This document shows, piece after piece, positions 1 through 12,781 of a stretch of DNA of 64,000 nucleotides (its first letter is position 1; each line of letters begins with the position of its first letter). Source of the stretch: Octopus vulgaris (lineage: Eukaryota); the NCBI GenBank assembly GCA_951406725.2, contig OX597815.1:183892001-183956000 (forward strand), in the 5' to 3' direction. A program made the position numbers and the translations under genes. The notes under the pieces are model-generated. The model worked only from the letters and a program-made list of their open reading frames with translations. It did no database searches and had not been told where the DNA came from.

Positions 1-400
1 AACAAAAAAAAAAACAGAGTACAGGACAAATAACACAAGGAAAAAAAACCCTTCTTCAGTCGCCATGGTTTCATCTACTCTACGTTTTGAAGGTGAAGGC
101 GAAACGCAGAGTAGATGAAACCATGGCGACTGAAGAAGGGTTTTTTTCCTTGTGTTATTTGTCCTGTACTCTGTGTTTTTTTGTTGTTGTTTAAGAAGAA
201 TGTCCAGTTCCTTGGCTTTGTGTCTATGTTTTCGTTTCCCATTGTGTTCGACGTTTTTTTGGTGTCCTGTACTCATATATGCGTGTATATATACATGTAG
301 AGGTAGGTACGTACATATATGTATATATATATGCATATGTTTTATTTATTAATATATTATATGACGGAACGCGCGCATCCCTTTCTAAGTAAGATTGTTC
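1..400. mobile_element. Penelope-like pseudo-LTR family, head-to-head inverted junction (palindrome ~1-88 / ~100-188)
   Basis: Bases ~1-88 are the near reverse complement of ~100-188 (gagtacaggacaaataacacaagg...ccttcttcagtcgccatggtttcatctactct vs agagtagatgaaaccatggcgactgaagaagg...ccttgtgttatttgtcctgtactc). 100-380 is homologous to the reverse complement of 60400-60690. Confidence 0.6.
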
Positions 401-401
401 T

Positions 402-432
<31 letters not shown>

Positions 433-799
433 CTAGCAGTATCGCCCGGCGTTGCTCAGGTTTGTAAGGGAAATAACTATAAAGCATTTTTAGAGAGTTA
501 TAGCCAAAAAACAGCAAAAAAATGGAAAAAAATGATGGTAAATTTTTTTTGAGAGTAAAAAAAGGTGGAGTTGCGTCCCCTAGACAGTTTGCGGTTTGTG
601 CTTCTGATTCTCGACCTCATGTCGAATTTATCGATTTTTTTCAGAACTGGGGGAACTTTTCAAAATTTTCGCTGCGTTAGTTTTGAATTATGACATTCGG
701 CTATGTGTGTGTCAAGTTTCATCAGAATCGGTTGAAAGCCGTGGTCAGGGTGAGGGTACAAGCAAACAGACACACAGAAACACGCACAGACAAACTGCC

Positions 800-812
<13 letters not shown>
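433..812 (-). mobile_element. Non-autonomous Helitron
   Basis: Minus strand ends in a GC-rich hairpin (cctgagcaacgccggg) then gatactgCTAG|T at 433. The 5' end is tatatataaacggcagtttgtctgtg next to a TA tract. This is canonical Helitron terminal architecture. Confidence 0.7.
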
Positions 813-846
<34 letters not shown>

Positions 847-1299
847 CATACATACATACACACATATATGCAAACACATGCGTGTACATACTTATGCACA
901 CATGTATTATTCTGGTTATAATAGTGTTTCTTTATGCTAATTCAAATTTATTTTACCTTCTCACTCCCCTCTTTTTCTCCTTTCTGTATTCCCCACCTTC
1001 TCTTTTACCTCCCTTACTCTCTGCCTCATCGAATCCATTTGCTACTATTTAAAGCTTCTTTAAAAACCTGGCACACCCGCTTTCTTCTTGTCCTGTGTGT
1101 ATTTGTAGAATTCGGAAATGATTATCGTCCGGAAAACAAGAAATGAAAAGCAGCACACATCTTGCGTGCGTGTCTGATCTTTTGCATGACGATAATAATC
1201 CTGGTACTCCTCAGCTAAGTAGATCTTTATAAAATGATAAAATTTTCGATAAACATTCTTTGGTTATATAAAGAAAAGATGCTATATTTTACTGGAGTG

Positions 1300-1711
1300 T
1301 TTTACTCTTTTACTCTTTCGCTTGTTTCAGTCATTTGACTGCGGACATGCTGGAGCAACGCTTTTAGTCGAGCAAATCGACCCCAGGACTTATTCTTTGT
1401 AATCCTAGTACTTATTCGATCGGCCTCTTTTGCTGAACCGCTAAGTTACGAGGACATAAACACACCAGCACCGGTTGTCAAGCGATGTTGGGGGGGACAA
1501 ACAGACACAAACATATACACACACATACATATATATATACATATATACGACAAGCTTCTTTCAGTTTCCGTCTATCAAATCCACTCACAAGACTTTGGTC
1601 GGCCCGAGGCTATAGTAGAAGAGACTTGCCCAAGGTGCCACGCAGTGGAACTGAACCCAGAACCATGTGGTTCGTAAGCAAGCTACTTACCACACAGCCA
1701 CTCCTGCGCCT
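1300..1711 (-). mobile_element. SINE family A (tRNA-derived head, internal (TA/TG)n, LINE-like 3' stem-loop tail)
   Basis: Head ggcgcaggagtggctgtgtggtaag with B-box-like gggttcagttcc; tail cagtcaaatgactgaaacaag plus (gagtaaaa)n; many copies in window. Confidence 0.9.
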
Positions 1712-3348
1712 ATTTTGTCAAATTGAAAAAAATATACACATTGTCTATAAACCGAAAATATACAGCTTATTCATACAATAACAATTTCTATAACAAATGT
1801 AGAATAGTTTGTTTCTCAAAGGAGGTTTCTGGAAACTATCTCGCGTACCATTCTTTACCTCTGTTTTAAAAGCATTACTATATCTTTCACTTTTCATAAT
1901 TTCCTCATACTTAATTTTCTCGCAGTTTCTCATCCTTTCTCTTTCGCGTACTGTCTCTTTCTTCTTTGGTTTCCACTTCATAAAAAACTCAGACGTGTCT
2001 ATATAAAGTGCGACATGTTCCTTCACCATTATCCTAATTGATTTAATATAAGGGAGAGTTAAATTCACGGAATGTTCTTGGAAAATTTCGGCTAACATTG
2101 CGTCTCATAAATCTAGTCCTTTCAATGACATTTACGATCTGCACCTCCACATTTTTATCCACCCAACTTCGCTTACAAGAATTTAGTTGATACATGTCTT
2201 TGTTCGAATACATTTGAGCGCTATTGTTCAACATGAGAATCAAAGTAACGATTTCATTATTGTGAACATTTGATTTTGCCAGTAGTGTTAAATAATCCCT
2301 ATAAACAGACGACTCAACGAAATAGTCTCAAAGCAGTGATTCTAGCTACTATTAAGGGCTGCTATATCTTAATCAAATGACGCCCAAACAGCTTTAATAT
2401 CAAAGAATATACTAGACAATATCGCTATGGTCAAAGATAGATAGCCTTTGAACATTGCTTCTGTTTAACTCCAGATTAACCGGTCGATGACGGTTAATCT
2501 GGAATTAAACAAAAGGAACACACACGTAATCCCACAAATTTACATAATCAGGCACACACAGCCATATGGCATACACATATGCAGAGAGGCAGAACAGTCA
2601 ATAATTTCCCTTCGGCAGTTATCAGTTAAAGAGAAAATAACAAACAGCATTAAAAGCATGATAGAAATTGCTTACACAACGCAATGTTTCAATAAGTTTT
2701 GGCTGTCTTACATTGATATAGTATGTTCAGGCACTTATTTTTTCCTTGCAAAACTACCAACTTTCTCACCCGTTTTTCTCTCTTTATATATACATACATG
2801 CAAGCACACATATATACACACATACATACATTAATATCCTCAATATTTTTCTCCACCACTTGTCAATATATCTTGCTCCCTGTGTCTCTTTCCCGATATA
2901 TTATATCCGTATTTCTATTATTTATTACCTAACTTCTTTTGTTTCTATTCCTATCTGTCTTTCATTTTTTCTCCTTTTCCCTTTTCCCGGACCTCAAATA
3001 TTATTCAACGTATTTTGTTTTCGTTAAAGTCTGCCCATTGCCTATAATTCATTTCTTTCACACCATCTATACACCTTCGTCTGCTCTGTTCTTTTCCATA
3101 TTCTACATTTGTTTTTATCAATTTATCATTGTCTTATAATTTTCTTTCTTCCTATATTTCATTCACACTTTCCCTCTTTTTAGACGCTATTCATTCGTTT
3201 TTTCATTCTCCGTTTAAATATTTCTTGTTTTATATAATCTTTTCTTAGATTTTATTTTTTGAGCGATTAATCAAGAGTCGGGCAACGCAAATCTTTTTCT
3301 TTTCTTTTATATCTAACTGTGAATATAAACAGAAACAGACTCACACAC

Positions 3349-3492
3349 GTATGTATGTATGTATGTATGTATGTATGTATGTATGTATGTATGTATGTAT
3401 GTATGTATGTATGTATGTATGTATGTATGTATGTATGTATGCATGTATGCATGTATGTATGTATGTATGTATGTATGTATGTATGTATGTAT
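3349..3492. repeat. (ATGT)n tetranucleotide microsatellite
   Basis: Direct inspection. Confidence 0.95.
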
Positions 3493-3499
3493 ATCAAAA

Positions 3500-4500
3500 A
3501 TGCGAAAGAGTTCCGTACGTTTGGACTGTATAATAACGCCTCAATTCGATCGACAGATTCAACACATTATCGCCAATCGAACTATCTGAATTTGTGGTCA
3601 GTGGCAGCATTCGATTCATATCGTATGTACTGAGGAGAGACCAATTCTGGTCTGAAAAGACCCTGGAGAACCACTTTGATCTGTGCCAGGCGGTTGCTTA
3701 AAAGACAACAATCACGAACGTGGCATACTCTCTTCTCTGCTGAGAAAACCTTCGAGCAACACCAAAAGCTTAACAGGAATAATAACAGTGTGAGAATCAT
3801 TCTGATATCTCCAAAATTATTTGCACTAAGGTTCTAGCAAACATGATAATTTTAGGAGAGGTGAGCAACGAAGATTATGGCATGCAGTGACGGGAAGCGC
3901 AGAAGAAGAGGCACATTCCCGGGTAACGGAGGACACACTCTGTATAAGTGTACCTTATTTTCTTGTAATAATAATGATGGATTACCAGAACGGGAAATCG
4001 CACTCATGATGATATAATTTTTGTCCTGATGAAGGGGCCACTGCCCATTTGGAGCTTTAATATGTAATGGATTGGGGCAGTGGCTCTGGAAACGGCCGTA
4101 GACGTGGATTTATAATTACGTTATTCTTGATTCACTTTTATTTTAGACTTGACGATGGATTTTATCCCGGACTCATTTTACGCTGAATAGTCTAACTATA
4201 TTATTTTAATTGCCTCGCTATATACATTCATATATATTTTTTCATACGCTTTTTACAGGTTTTCACACGTTTTTTTTATACGTGTATATATATGTATATC
4301 TATATACCTTCGGGTTTTGTGTGTCAAACACTCCGGTATTTAATATGTATTTATATACTACGGTGTGAATATATAGGGATGATCTGAAGTTGTATGGACA
4401 GTTATGTTGTTTATTTCTTAACCGCTAAGTTTGTCTTTTGTTTCGTTTTTAACTTGAGCACGTCCCTTATCAGCCGTGTATATAATTTACTTTACGATTC
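3500..4500 (+). mobile_element. Degenerate Penelope-like element 3' end (GIY-YIG remnant plus pseudo-LTR)
   Basis: ATG TAC TGA GGA GAG ACC...CTG AAA AGA at ~3625 reads MY*GETNSGLKR, resembling the YIGET..L..R motif. A hammerhead motif follows at 4023-4103. Confidence 0.5.
4023..4103 (+). ncRNA. Type I hammerhead ribozyme motif with long stem II
   Basis: GTC-CTGATGA-A-GGGGCCACTGCCC-(loop)-GGGCAGTGGCTCT-G-GAAAC-GGCC-GTA-GAC. Stem I is GTC/GAC, stem III is the palindrome ACGGCCGT, and the cleavage triplet is GUA. Confidence 0.75.
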
Positions 4501-4622
4501 CTGTCAGGAAAAATGGAGCTTAAAATTATATGTTTTTTGACGTATATACGTATGCAAATATAGACATACATGTGTGCGTGCGTTTATATATGCCTATGTA
4601 TGTGTGTATATGTGTATGTATA

Positions 4623-5750
4623 TACAGGGTGCGTTAGATTTGTTTTGAGGTCATTTCTCTGAATTGAGGAAAAGACAGTTCATCAAAGAAAATCTGTATT
4701 TCAAAACATATTGGTACAAATGATCTTGAGAAACCTTTTATCACACCTATTCAATGAATCCACTGTTAGCTTCGATACGGTGTCAGAAGCGTCGACATTC
4801 ACGAATCAGATGATTTTTATTAATTTTGGACTTTGTGCAGGTTACGGCAGACATGAGAGATAATATGATGTTAAGTGGGTGTTGATTGACCTTCCACTCG
4901 ACTACGCCCTATCCGTAATAGTCCAGTTGATTGAGATCTGGTGAGCCAGGAGGCCCTGTGTCTGGGGGAACATGAGCATGGGGACTGGAACGCATCCACA
5001 TCTAGGTTGTTCTTGGTTTCAGAGACGTCACAGGATCTTGTGAGAAGACGTAGAGCCTTCTGTTCTGTATTCTATATATACAAGGGATCACAACTTTCCC
5101 TAACACCACTGTGTACACAGTGGTGTGGTGTGTTATGCTCTGTATATAAAGTCGAGGAGATATGACATCAAAACTTTGCTAACGGCTTTTAGAACCATTA
5201 CTGCTGCAAAGAATTTAGTATGTATAGGTGTTGTAATCTCATTCGGGTCTCTGCAAAATCTTCTTTTTGTTTAACGTTTGGCCTTCAACGAAGTTTTTCC
5301 TACCGGAGAAAAACCAAAGCATTCCAACCTCTTGGTGCTTTAACTTGTTTAGGAAGCGGTTTTCATGGCCCAAATGATTCACTCTTGTCACATCCAACTT
5401 AAACTGACCACATCCACATTACATACGACTTGTACCGGATTTCCTCATGCACAACTCTTCTGATTTCCTTCGCCATGGACGTAATTGATTCTCTAAAGGC
5501 TTTTACCGATTGATTATCGTGACCTCTTCTTTTACAAAGTTATGTGTTTTGATGGTATTAGGAGCTTGTACATGCGCTTTGCATTTAGCTGCTGATTTTG
5601 GGTTCGCGTCAGCAGTTTCTAATTTTTTTTGAACTCGACAGCAAAGAATCGGGCAACTCTCAGGAATCGAGCTATCTCTGTATCACTGTACTGTGCTTTT
5701 AAGACAAAGACTGCAGCGTGCCTTTTCATTTGCTGAGTTAACCTGGTGTT
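4623..5750 (-). pseudogene. Tc1/mariner-superfamily (maT/DD37D-like) transposase pseudogene
   Basis: Minus-strand fragments MKRHAAVFVLKAQYSDTEIARFLRVAR (HTH-like), TKFFAAVMV, YVFSQD and PPGSPDLNQLDYYG*GVVE (WPPxSPDLNPLDY motif). A TA-CAGGGTG terminus lies at 4623. Multiple stops and frameshifts. Confidence 0.8.
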
Positions 5751-5768
5751 TCATGAAAAACATGCAAT

Positions 5769-5945
5769 GGTTTCGAATTTTGGGACGAGGAAAGCAAGTT
5801 TGAAGAAGCGGGCATGTTGATTTCATCAACACTACTACTAAATTGGTACTTATCTTCTCTGCCCCAAAAGGATGAAAGGCAAATCTTTCTCGGCAGAATT
5901 CAAGCTCAGAACGTAAAGGCGGATAAAAAGACCCTAAACATTCTA
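5769..5945 (-). mobile_element. SINE family B, degenerate copy
   Basis: aaaggatgaaaggcaaa...aattcaagctcagaacgtaaag matches the family B core. Confidence 0.7.
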
Positions 5946-6022
5946 TGTGGGATGTTATACTGACAGCTCTTCTTTATATACATATATATACGTACACGCA
6001 CACACACACACACACACTCACA

Positions 6023-6106
<84 letters not shown>

Positions 6107-6123
6107 CATAAAATAAATATTTA

Positions 6124-7628
6124 TTAAGTGTATGATTAATTTATAGAATGAATTTTTACAAATTCAATCATATTTGTCAAAAAACGGAGGATTTAAGATG
6201 TTAAGTTGTAAGAAGTTTATTCATGCATACAATCGTTTCGGACATAGATATAAATTCATTTTAGAATTTGCAAATATTAAAGCACTCATCAGCGCAGATA
6301 AAAAATTGCATGAGCTTAAAAAGTGTGCAGAGAAGTTGGATCTATGAGTTTCATGTTTATCTGTTCCTACCCTGTGTGATAGAGATGGGAGTCGCGTCAT
6401 TTATTAAACCACAATTAACATATCGACGGTTAGGGCATGATATAAATATAGAGATATCGATAAATTTTTCTCTATACATTGGCTAATTATAGCTCCATAT
6501 ATGCAGTATAGGGCGAGTTAGAGAAATGCTCATTGAGAAAATGTTACCTTATGTAAATTAAATCTAACCGTTGAAAATAATACTTTGTATTTTTTTAAAT
6601 CATAAAAAGAAGAAAGTTTAGCGTAAAAAAATTATGTTTGTAAAGCTTATACTCGAAAGTTTATGTAGTTATTTATCAAAATATACGGGGAGGAGTAGGA
6701 GGAATTAAAAAGAAATAAGTGGAAGTGTATTAATGACTCTTGCTCAATCAAAATCCGTATTAAGGTAACATGGAAGAATAATAAAGGAGAAAATGAGGAA
6801 ATATGGTAAATCAGTTGCAAATATGACAATTAAAGTTGTGTTATATGTACGAAGTCTATTGTTAAGAAGAGAGAGAGTGAAAAAAAGTACATTTTAGGAG
6901 ATATAGTAAGAAGAGAAATATATAGAAGCTATAAGGTAATAACTTGGAGAGGGTGAAAAGAAACGAAATTAGTCTAGTGTAGGGGAGATAAGTAAGGCGT
7001 AATGAGTAAATATAGGATATTTGGAGTGAAGGGAATGCTAAAAAATAAGAGAGAGACTAATGATAAAGGTATTGAAAATGTGGGATAATATTATACAAAA
7101 GGAATACTTTTTATATACATAAAAAGTTATGTCAAGAATATAATTCTTGCTGAATTAATGTAAATACTTGTTTGTATATAAACACAGAGAGGGTGTATGG
7201 ACGAAAAAGGACACAGATTTTATCATACACCAACATTACGATAATATGTGTATTACATCTACTAAAGTGGTTGGGAGGTACTATTATATACAAAGAACCT
7301 ATATAGTTGTACACATACCTACATAATACTATGTCAGTTAATTGTGGTTTAATAATTGACATGACTCCCATCAATATCACGCATGGGTAGGATAAACATG
7401 AAACTCATAGATGTAACGTCTCTACACTATTTTTAAGTCCCTCTTATTTTTTCTGCACTGATGAGTATTTTGATATTTTCAAATTCTAAAATAAATTTAT
7501 ATCTATGTACGAAACGATTGTATGCATGAATGAATTTCTTTGAAATTTTAAGATCTTATCTCCTACATTTATGACAAATATGATTGGATTTGTAGAACTA
7601 CATTCTATAAATTAATAATATACTTAAA
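6124..7628. mobile_element. Non-autonomous element with ~300-bp terminal inverted repeats (foldback/MITE-like)
   Basis: 6124-6428 aligns to the reverse complement of 7330-7628, e.g. ttcatgcatacaatcgtttcg / cgaaacgattgtatgcatgaa and atctatgagtttcatgtttatc / gataaacatgaaactcatagat. Confidence 0.8.
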
Positions 7629-7738
7629 ACATTAATAATACTTTTCATATCTACACCCATTTACACCACTAAACTCTCAGCAAAGTATGAAGTATCAACG
7701 TTACAAATCCTTTTTGGAAACCTACCCAATTAAAGTAC

Positions 7739-7806
<68 letters not shown>

Positions 7807-7841
7807 ATTTGTATAAATATATGTGTTATAATATCCTGAAT

Positions 7842-7876
<35 letters not shown>

Positions 7877-7881
<5 letters not shown>

Positions 7882-8260
7882 ATCTAAACAAGAAAACACA
7901 GAAAAAAAGAGAAAAAACACAGCAACGCAGGACGTGGAACAATTAAAGTATTATTGACGCTCAGGAAAGAAGGGAAGGAAGGTTTAACGTTTCGAGCGGA
8001 GCTCTTCGTCGGAAACAAGGAGTAGGAAAGATCCCAAGAAGGAAAAGTACAGGGAGATAAGTTCAGGAGAAAGTTAAATAAGAGTCACGGACAGATTTTT
8101 TTGATTTCCAATCACGATTTCAGTGGCGTACTCCGGAAGGATGGTAACAGTAATCCGTAGGTGTAAAAATCCAGGAATTGGTATCCAAGGCGCTCGGTAT
8201 CCGTGTGAGCGTGCAGTATATAAAGTTAATCCAAACAAGAAAACACAGAAAAAAAGAGTA
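7877..8260 (-). mobile_element. Penelope-like pseudo-LTR with terminal direct repeat
   Basis: agttaatc[t/c]aaacaagaaaacacagaaaaaaagag occurs at ~7877 and ~8223; contains a minimal hammerhead. Confidence 0.65.
7982..8016 (-). ncRNA. Minimal type I hammerhead motif (core variant CCGACGA)
   Basis: Minus strand reads GTTT-CCGACGA-A-GAGC-TCC-GCTC-GAAAC-GTT-AAAC, with stem I GTTT/AAAC and palindromic AACGTT at stem III. Confidence 0.65.
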
Positions 8261-8289
8261 GTATATATATATATACATACATACATATA

Positions 8290-8327
<38 letters not shown>

Positions 8328-9825
8328 TGGTAGGTAAAATCGCGGTTGGGTTCTCTTGAAACGCATTTGCTTATTTCTGTATTGTAATCCAGTCGATATT
8401 TACTGCCGTTGTTGTATTGATATTAGAATTGAAAATACATATTAGAATTGAAAATTTTGGAAATAATGTTTGCAGAGTTATTATGTAATAAAACAGGATT
8501 TAGGAAAAAAAAATTGAGTATTATTTACTAACCATTGCAAATGCTTTATTTGCGAATAGGAATCATATGTAAGGAATTTCTTATTAGAAATTCTTCAGAC
8601 AGAGAATCAAATAAAAAATATTAGTATTATTTAATTCTCTGCGGGGAAAAAAGATTTTTATTAGGGAAGATTTTGCATACTTTTCTGACATGTACAGCTT
8701 CGTGATTTCTATCTGTAATGATTGTTGACTAGAACTTTCTATAACGTATGCCGAATATCTTGTGCGTTTCAGAATGAGGGCTTGTGTAGCTTAACAAAAC
8801 TAAGTAAAAAATTGCACGCACATTTCTGTGGCCTGAGAAATACGTATAAATGTCAATAGATCAAGTTTTAATTATTGCCAGACATGAAAACCTGAAAAAT
8901 CAGGTAGAAAATCTCTTACACTGCATAAATATTTCAAATATAATATGCTATGACCATTACAGTAGATTCAACTCAATACCCATGTTACCAAAGATCAAAA
9001 TAGGAGTTTTATAACATGAATATATACACATATGAATGTATTGTATTGAAATCTATTTCGTCAGATTTTTAAGTTTACAGGAATGGTAGTATATTATGTA
9101 ACGGAAAATTAATTATGCTTATCACTGTTAATCTCGACTGTAGAACAATAGGCTATACTTGTAAATACTGAGACTAATCAGTCTGATTTCATTTTAGATG
9201 CTGAGATCAAAATACCGTTCTAATCTAATTGTGACGCAATAAGCTGCACTGTTATCAAAAACAATTACAGCAAATACTACAATTATTGAAATTAGAATAT
9301 ATCTGTAATAAATCAATGTGCTTTACAAAAAATAACAAAAACCAAATGATTAATTCTCTACTATAACTGTTACTGCTGAAGTTACTTTAGGTGTGGTAGG
9401 AGGTTACGAATTTTGTGGTGTTTAGCCGCCAGCTAATACTGATCAGTTGAGACCGGACAGTTGCCATAAATGCCTCAAATGCCTATTTCGCTTAAATATC
9501 ATAAATGCTTATAACGCCATAAAGGTCGATTTATGTTATTAAGGTTTTATATTTCCCCAAAATTATGGTAAACGTTTTTTGTTATTTTTTATTATTAAAA
9601 AGGCAAAGCTTTCGGCTTTTTTCCTTAAAAGCCATCTCTTAGACCCTATTTCTTGTATATAGTATCCGATTCCCCCTATAGATGGCGCTCCATTTACTAT
9701 GCAATGAAAATATTGTAAAATTCTTAAGCTTTCATATTGTAATCGTATTTTGCATTCGTAACGTATTTAAATTCAACAAATTTGGGGAGTGAAGTGGTAA
9801 CATGGCTGGTAACGTTTGTGCTTTA

Positions 9826-10233
9826 AGACGGCGAGCTGGCAGAAACGTTAGCACGCCGGGCAAAATGCTTATCAGTATTTCGTCTGCCGCTACGTTCTGA
9901 GTTCAAATTCCGCCGATGTCGACTTTGCCTTTCATCCTTTCGGGGTCGATTAAATAAGTACCAGTTACGCACTGGGGTCGATATAATCGACTTAATCCGT
10001 TTGTCTGCCCCTTCTGTGTTTAGCCCCTTGTGGGCAGTAAAGAAATAGGTATTTCGTCTGCCGTTACGTTCTGAGTTCAAATTCCGACGAGGTCGACTTT
10101 GCCTTCTATCATTTCGGGGTCGATTAAATAAGTACCAGTTACGCTCTGGGGCCGATATAATCGACTTAATCCGTTCGTCTGTTCTTGTTTGTCTTCTCTG
10201 CGTTTAGCCCCTTGTGGGTAGTAAAGAAATAGG
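9826..10233 (+). mobile_element. SINE family B, tandem dimer, nested in the hAT element
   Basis: Head ggcgagctggcagaaacgttagc and B-box gagttcaaattcc; body duplicated from ~10049; TSD CGTTTGTGCTT at 9813-9823 and 10237-10247. Confidence 0.9.
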
Positions 10234-10344
10234 TATCGTTTGTGCTTCTTTCTAAAATAACGCATTTCCCGACAAAGTTTTACTTTTATCTTTTCCAGAT
10301 GTTTAAAATATATTTTACAGAATAAGTTAAGTAATTCATAACCC

Positions 10345-11360
10345 GTACCAAAAGAAAAAAGAACAGAGAGTGCCCAACTATTTGCTTATATTCGTGAATT
10401 TGGTGAAAACTTTCTTTTCCATCACTGAGGAAGATACCTTGCGAATGGTATTGTAGGTACGTTAGAAAAGCCCGATTTTCTTACTGCTACTAATAGTTCT
10501 ACTATCACTCAACTATTCACTTCTTCCTTGGCATTACTATGGGCTGATGGTTTCAAGTATGACAATGTGTTACTATTTGTGACAGATGCTGTACCTTATA
10601 TGAAAAAGGCTGCTAAACCATTACAGGTACTTTTTCTTCGCATGATCCATGTTAACATGTTTAATACATGGATTGTAGAGAATTGCCGAAGAAATACGTT
10701 TACTATTTCCAGATGCTGATAGGTTAATTGCAAATGGTAAAGAAAATGTTTCTTAAATCTCCATATAGGTGTGAACTTCCGCAAACACGCACAAACACTG
10801 AGTTTACCTCCGAAATCTGTTCTCACGAGATGGGATGCTGTATATTATTCCAAAAAAATTTGATACTCTAAAGGAAAGTTTGAATGCATTAAACAGTGAA
10901 GAAGCTTTTTCTGCACGTATTATCCGAAATTTGATTCGTAATTCCAGTGTTCATAGCGATCTCTCCTTTATTGTTGCACATTTTCAAACATTACCACAAA
11001 CTATACCAACATTATAAAACCGGAACATTTCTATGTTAGAAGCTCTATCTTTGTCTGACAGCACAATTGAAAAGATGAGGAGTACTCCCGGAGAGAGGGG
11101 CAGACACAGCTAAAAAAAAAAAACGATTGACGCCAATACCGGTCTAAAACAGATTAACGGTATTACAAAAGTTCTTAAAGGGGCAAATAAACAATGTTTG
11201 GACAGCTCTCGCCGAATGACATAGCATCTTTTAAACATGTACCTTTGACATCAGTCGAAGCTGAAAGGTCTTACTCAAAACTAAAACGTCTGCTTCCAGA
11301 TCGAACGTTGAATTTGACCTGTGAAAACATAAAAAGGCTTTATAGTGGCATCTTGTAATA
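10345..11360 (+). pseudogene. hAT-like (DUF659/CGGBP-related) transposase pseudogene
   Basis: Fragments PKEKRTESAQLFAYIREFGENF, NVLLFVTDAVPYMKKAA, LPPKSVLTRW and FKHVPLTSVEAERSYSKLKRLLPDR (hAT dimerisation-type ERSFS motif). Frameshifted. Confidence 0.8.
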
Positions 11361-12159
11361 ATATAGCAATGACGGTGATGCAAGCGTTTTTGGTTGCTTC
11401 TGTTTAGCATTGTTTGGTTAGTTTTATTTTATTTCTATTCTTAGAATGCGTCTTCTCTTTTCTATCTATATGTTTTCTTACTAAAACTTTTCTTTCACAT
11501 GGATTATAAATCCCATTAATCAAAAAGTACAAAATTATGTTACCTTATTTAACGCTATAATAAATATTTCCAGTTTTGACTAATTTTATTTTATCACCTG
11601 TGTTATAAACACTTTCAACTGAAAAATAAACAGGCTTAACCGCTGTTGCATGTCTATATTTACGATCCCATCACTGTATCTCGTTCTGCAAAACTTCCTC
11701 TTCGTTACACAATACTAATTTTTAGTGCTATAAACACCTACGTATCTAATAGATGCTATGTTTAAATTCCTATTTGTTAGTGATATAAATGCCTATTTTA
11801 CTACCATAAATGCCTATATCTAGTGCCGTTATTGCCTGCCTCATATGTCTCTATTTAAGTGACTTAATGTTCTGTCTCTATGTTGAAGCATTCCTATAAT
11901 AAAAGGCATTTAAATAATGATCTTCACATATTTTATTCAGATAACATGTGTCTCGTACTGTATCATCCAATGCGCCCGTTATTCTTTACGGTGCAGAGAT
12001 GACTCGAGGGCGATTTCGCAGTTATTTCTAACAAATGGAAAAAGTGAACAGCGGTTTTCTTATTTAATTTTTCTGTGCGTTATGACTCACTGGTTTTAAT
12101 GGCCATTCATATCAACTCGCGGAATCCGTTCTGTGTCACTTGCTCTAAAGAACAACGTT

Positions 12160-12455
12160 TTGTTTTGGCTATGTGGCGGGCTCACAATCACGAAGTAGTA
12201 AGTTCGATTCCCACACTGGGCTGGCTGTATGTTGTGTTCTTGAGTAAGACACTTCAGTTCACGCTGCTCCAGTTCACTCGGCTGTAGAAATGAGTTGCGC
12301 GGTCACTGGTGCCAAGCTGTATCGTCCTTCGCCTTTCGCTTGGATAATATCAGTGGCGTGAAGAGGGAAGGTTGATGTGCATGGGCGACTGCTGGACTTG
12401 TGCCTCGGAGGGGAACTTTCTAGGTTCAATCCCATGATCATTGATAACCTAAGAA
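12160..12455 (+). mobile_element. SINE family C, diverged copy
   Basis: aagttcgattccc B-box, gtgttcttgagtaagacact...ctccagttcactcggctgtagaaatgagttgc; homologous to 20672-21009. Confidence 0.8.
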
Positions 12456-12781
12456 GTTCTTTTTTTTTTTTTTTTACTAATTTCATAAACATTCATATGA
12501 AGAAAGGAAGCATCGAACCAGGAGTGATTTGAATCAGAACAAAAAGAAATGAAATCACATATAGATAACATACTTTATAATATTTATTGCATCGAGCATT
12601 AAAATGCTAAGTTGAAATAACAAAGAAACCATAAAACAGTCAACGCTAACACTAATTGAATTTTTGTCAGCAGATATGAAAGATAATATGGATATGTTTC
12701 GGAATTCTGATTTCTCTGTAATTATCCAAGAAGCGATATATAATATTTCTTTCTTTTTTTTTTTTCTTGTTAATTATCCTG

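Larger units (their letters stand above)
9447..11880 (+). mobile_element. hAT-like DNA transposon, decayed
   Basis: Imperfect TIRs ttgagaccggaca (9447-9459) and tgttctgtctcta (11868-11880), 10/13 match. Subterminal ataaatgcct repeats occur at both ends, around an internal transposase remnant. Confidence 0.65.

Noticed and set aside
1745-2243. Overlapping minus-strand ORFs as a possible host exon
   Set aside because: No recognisable motif, requires a frameshift, and has no splice support I can verify.
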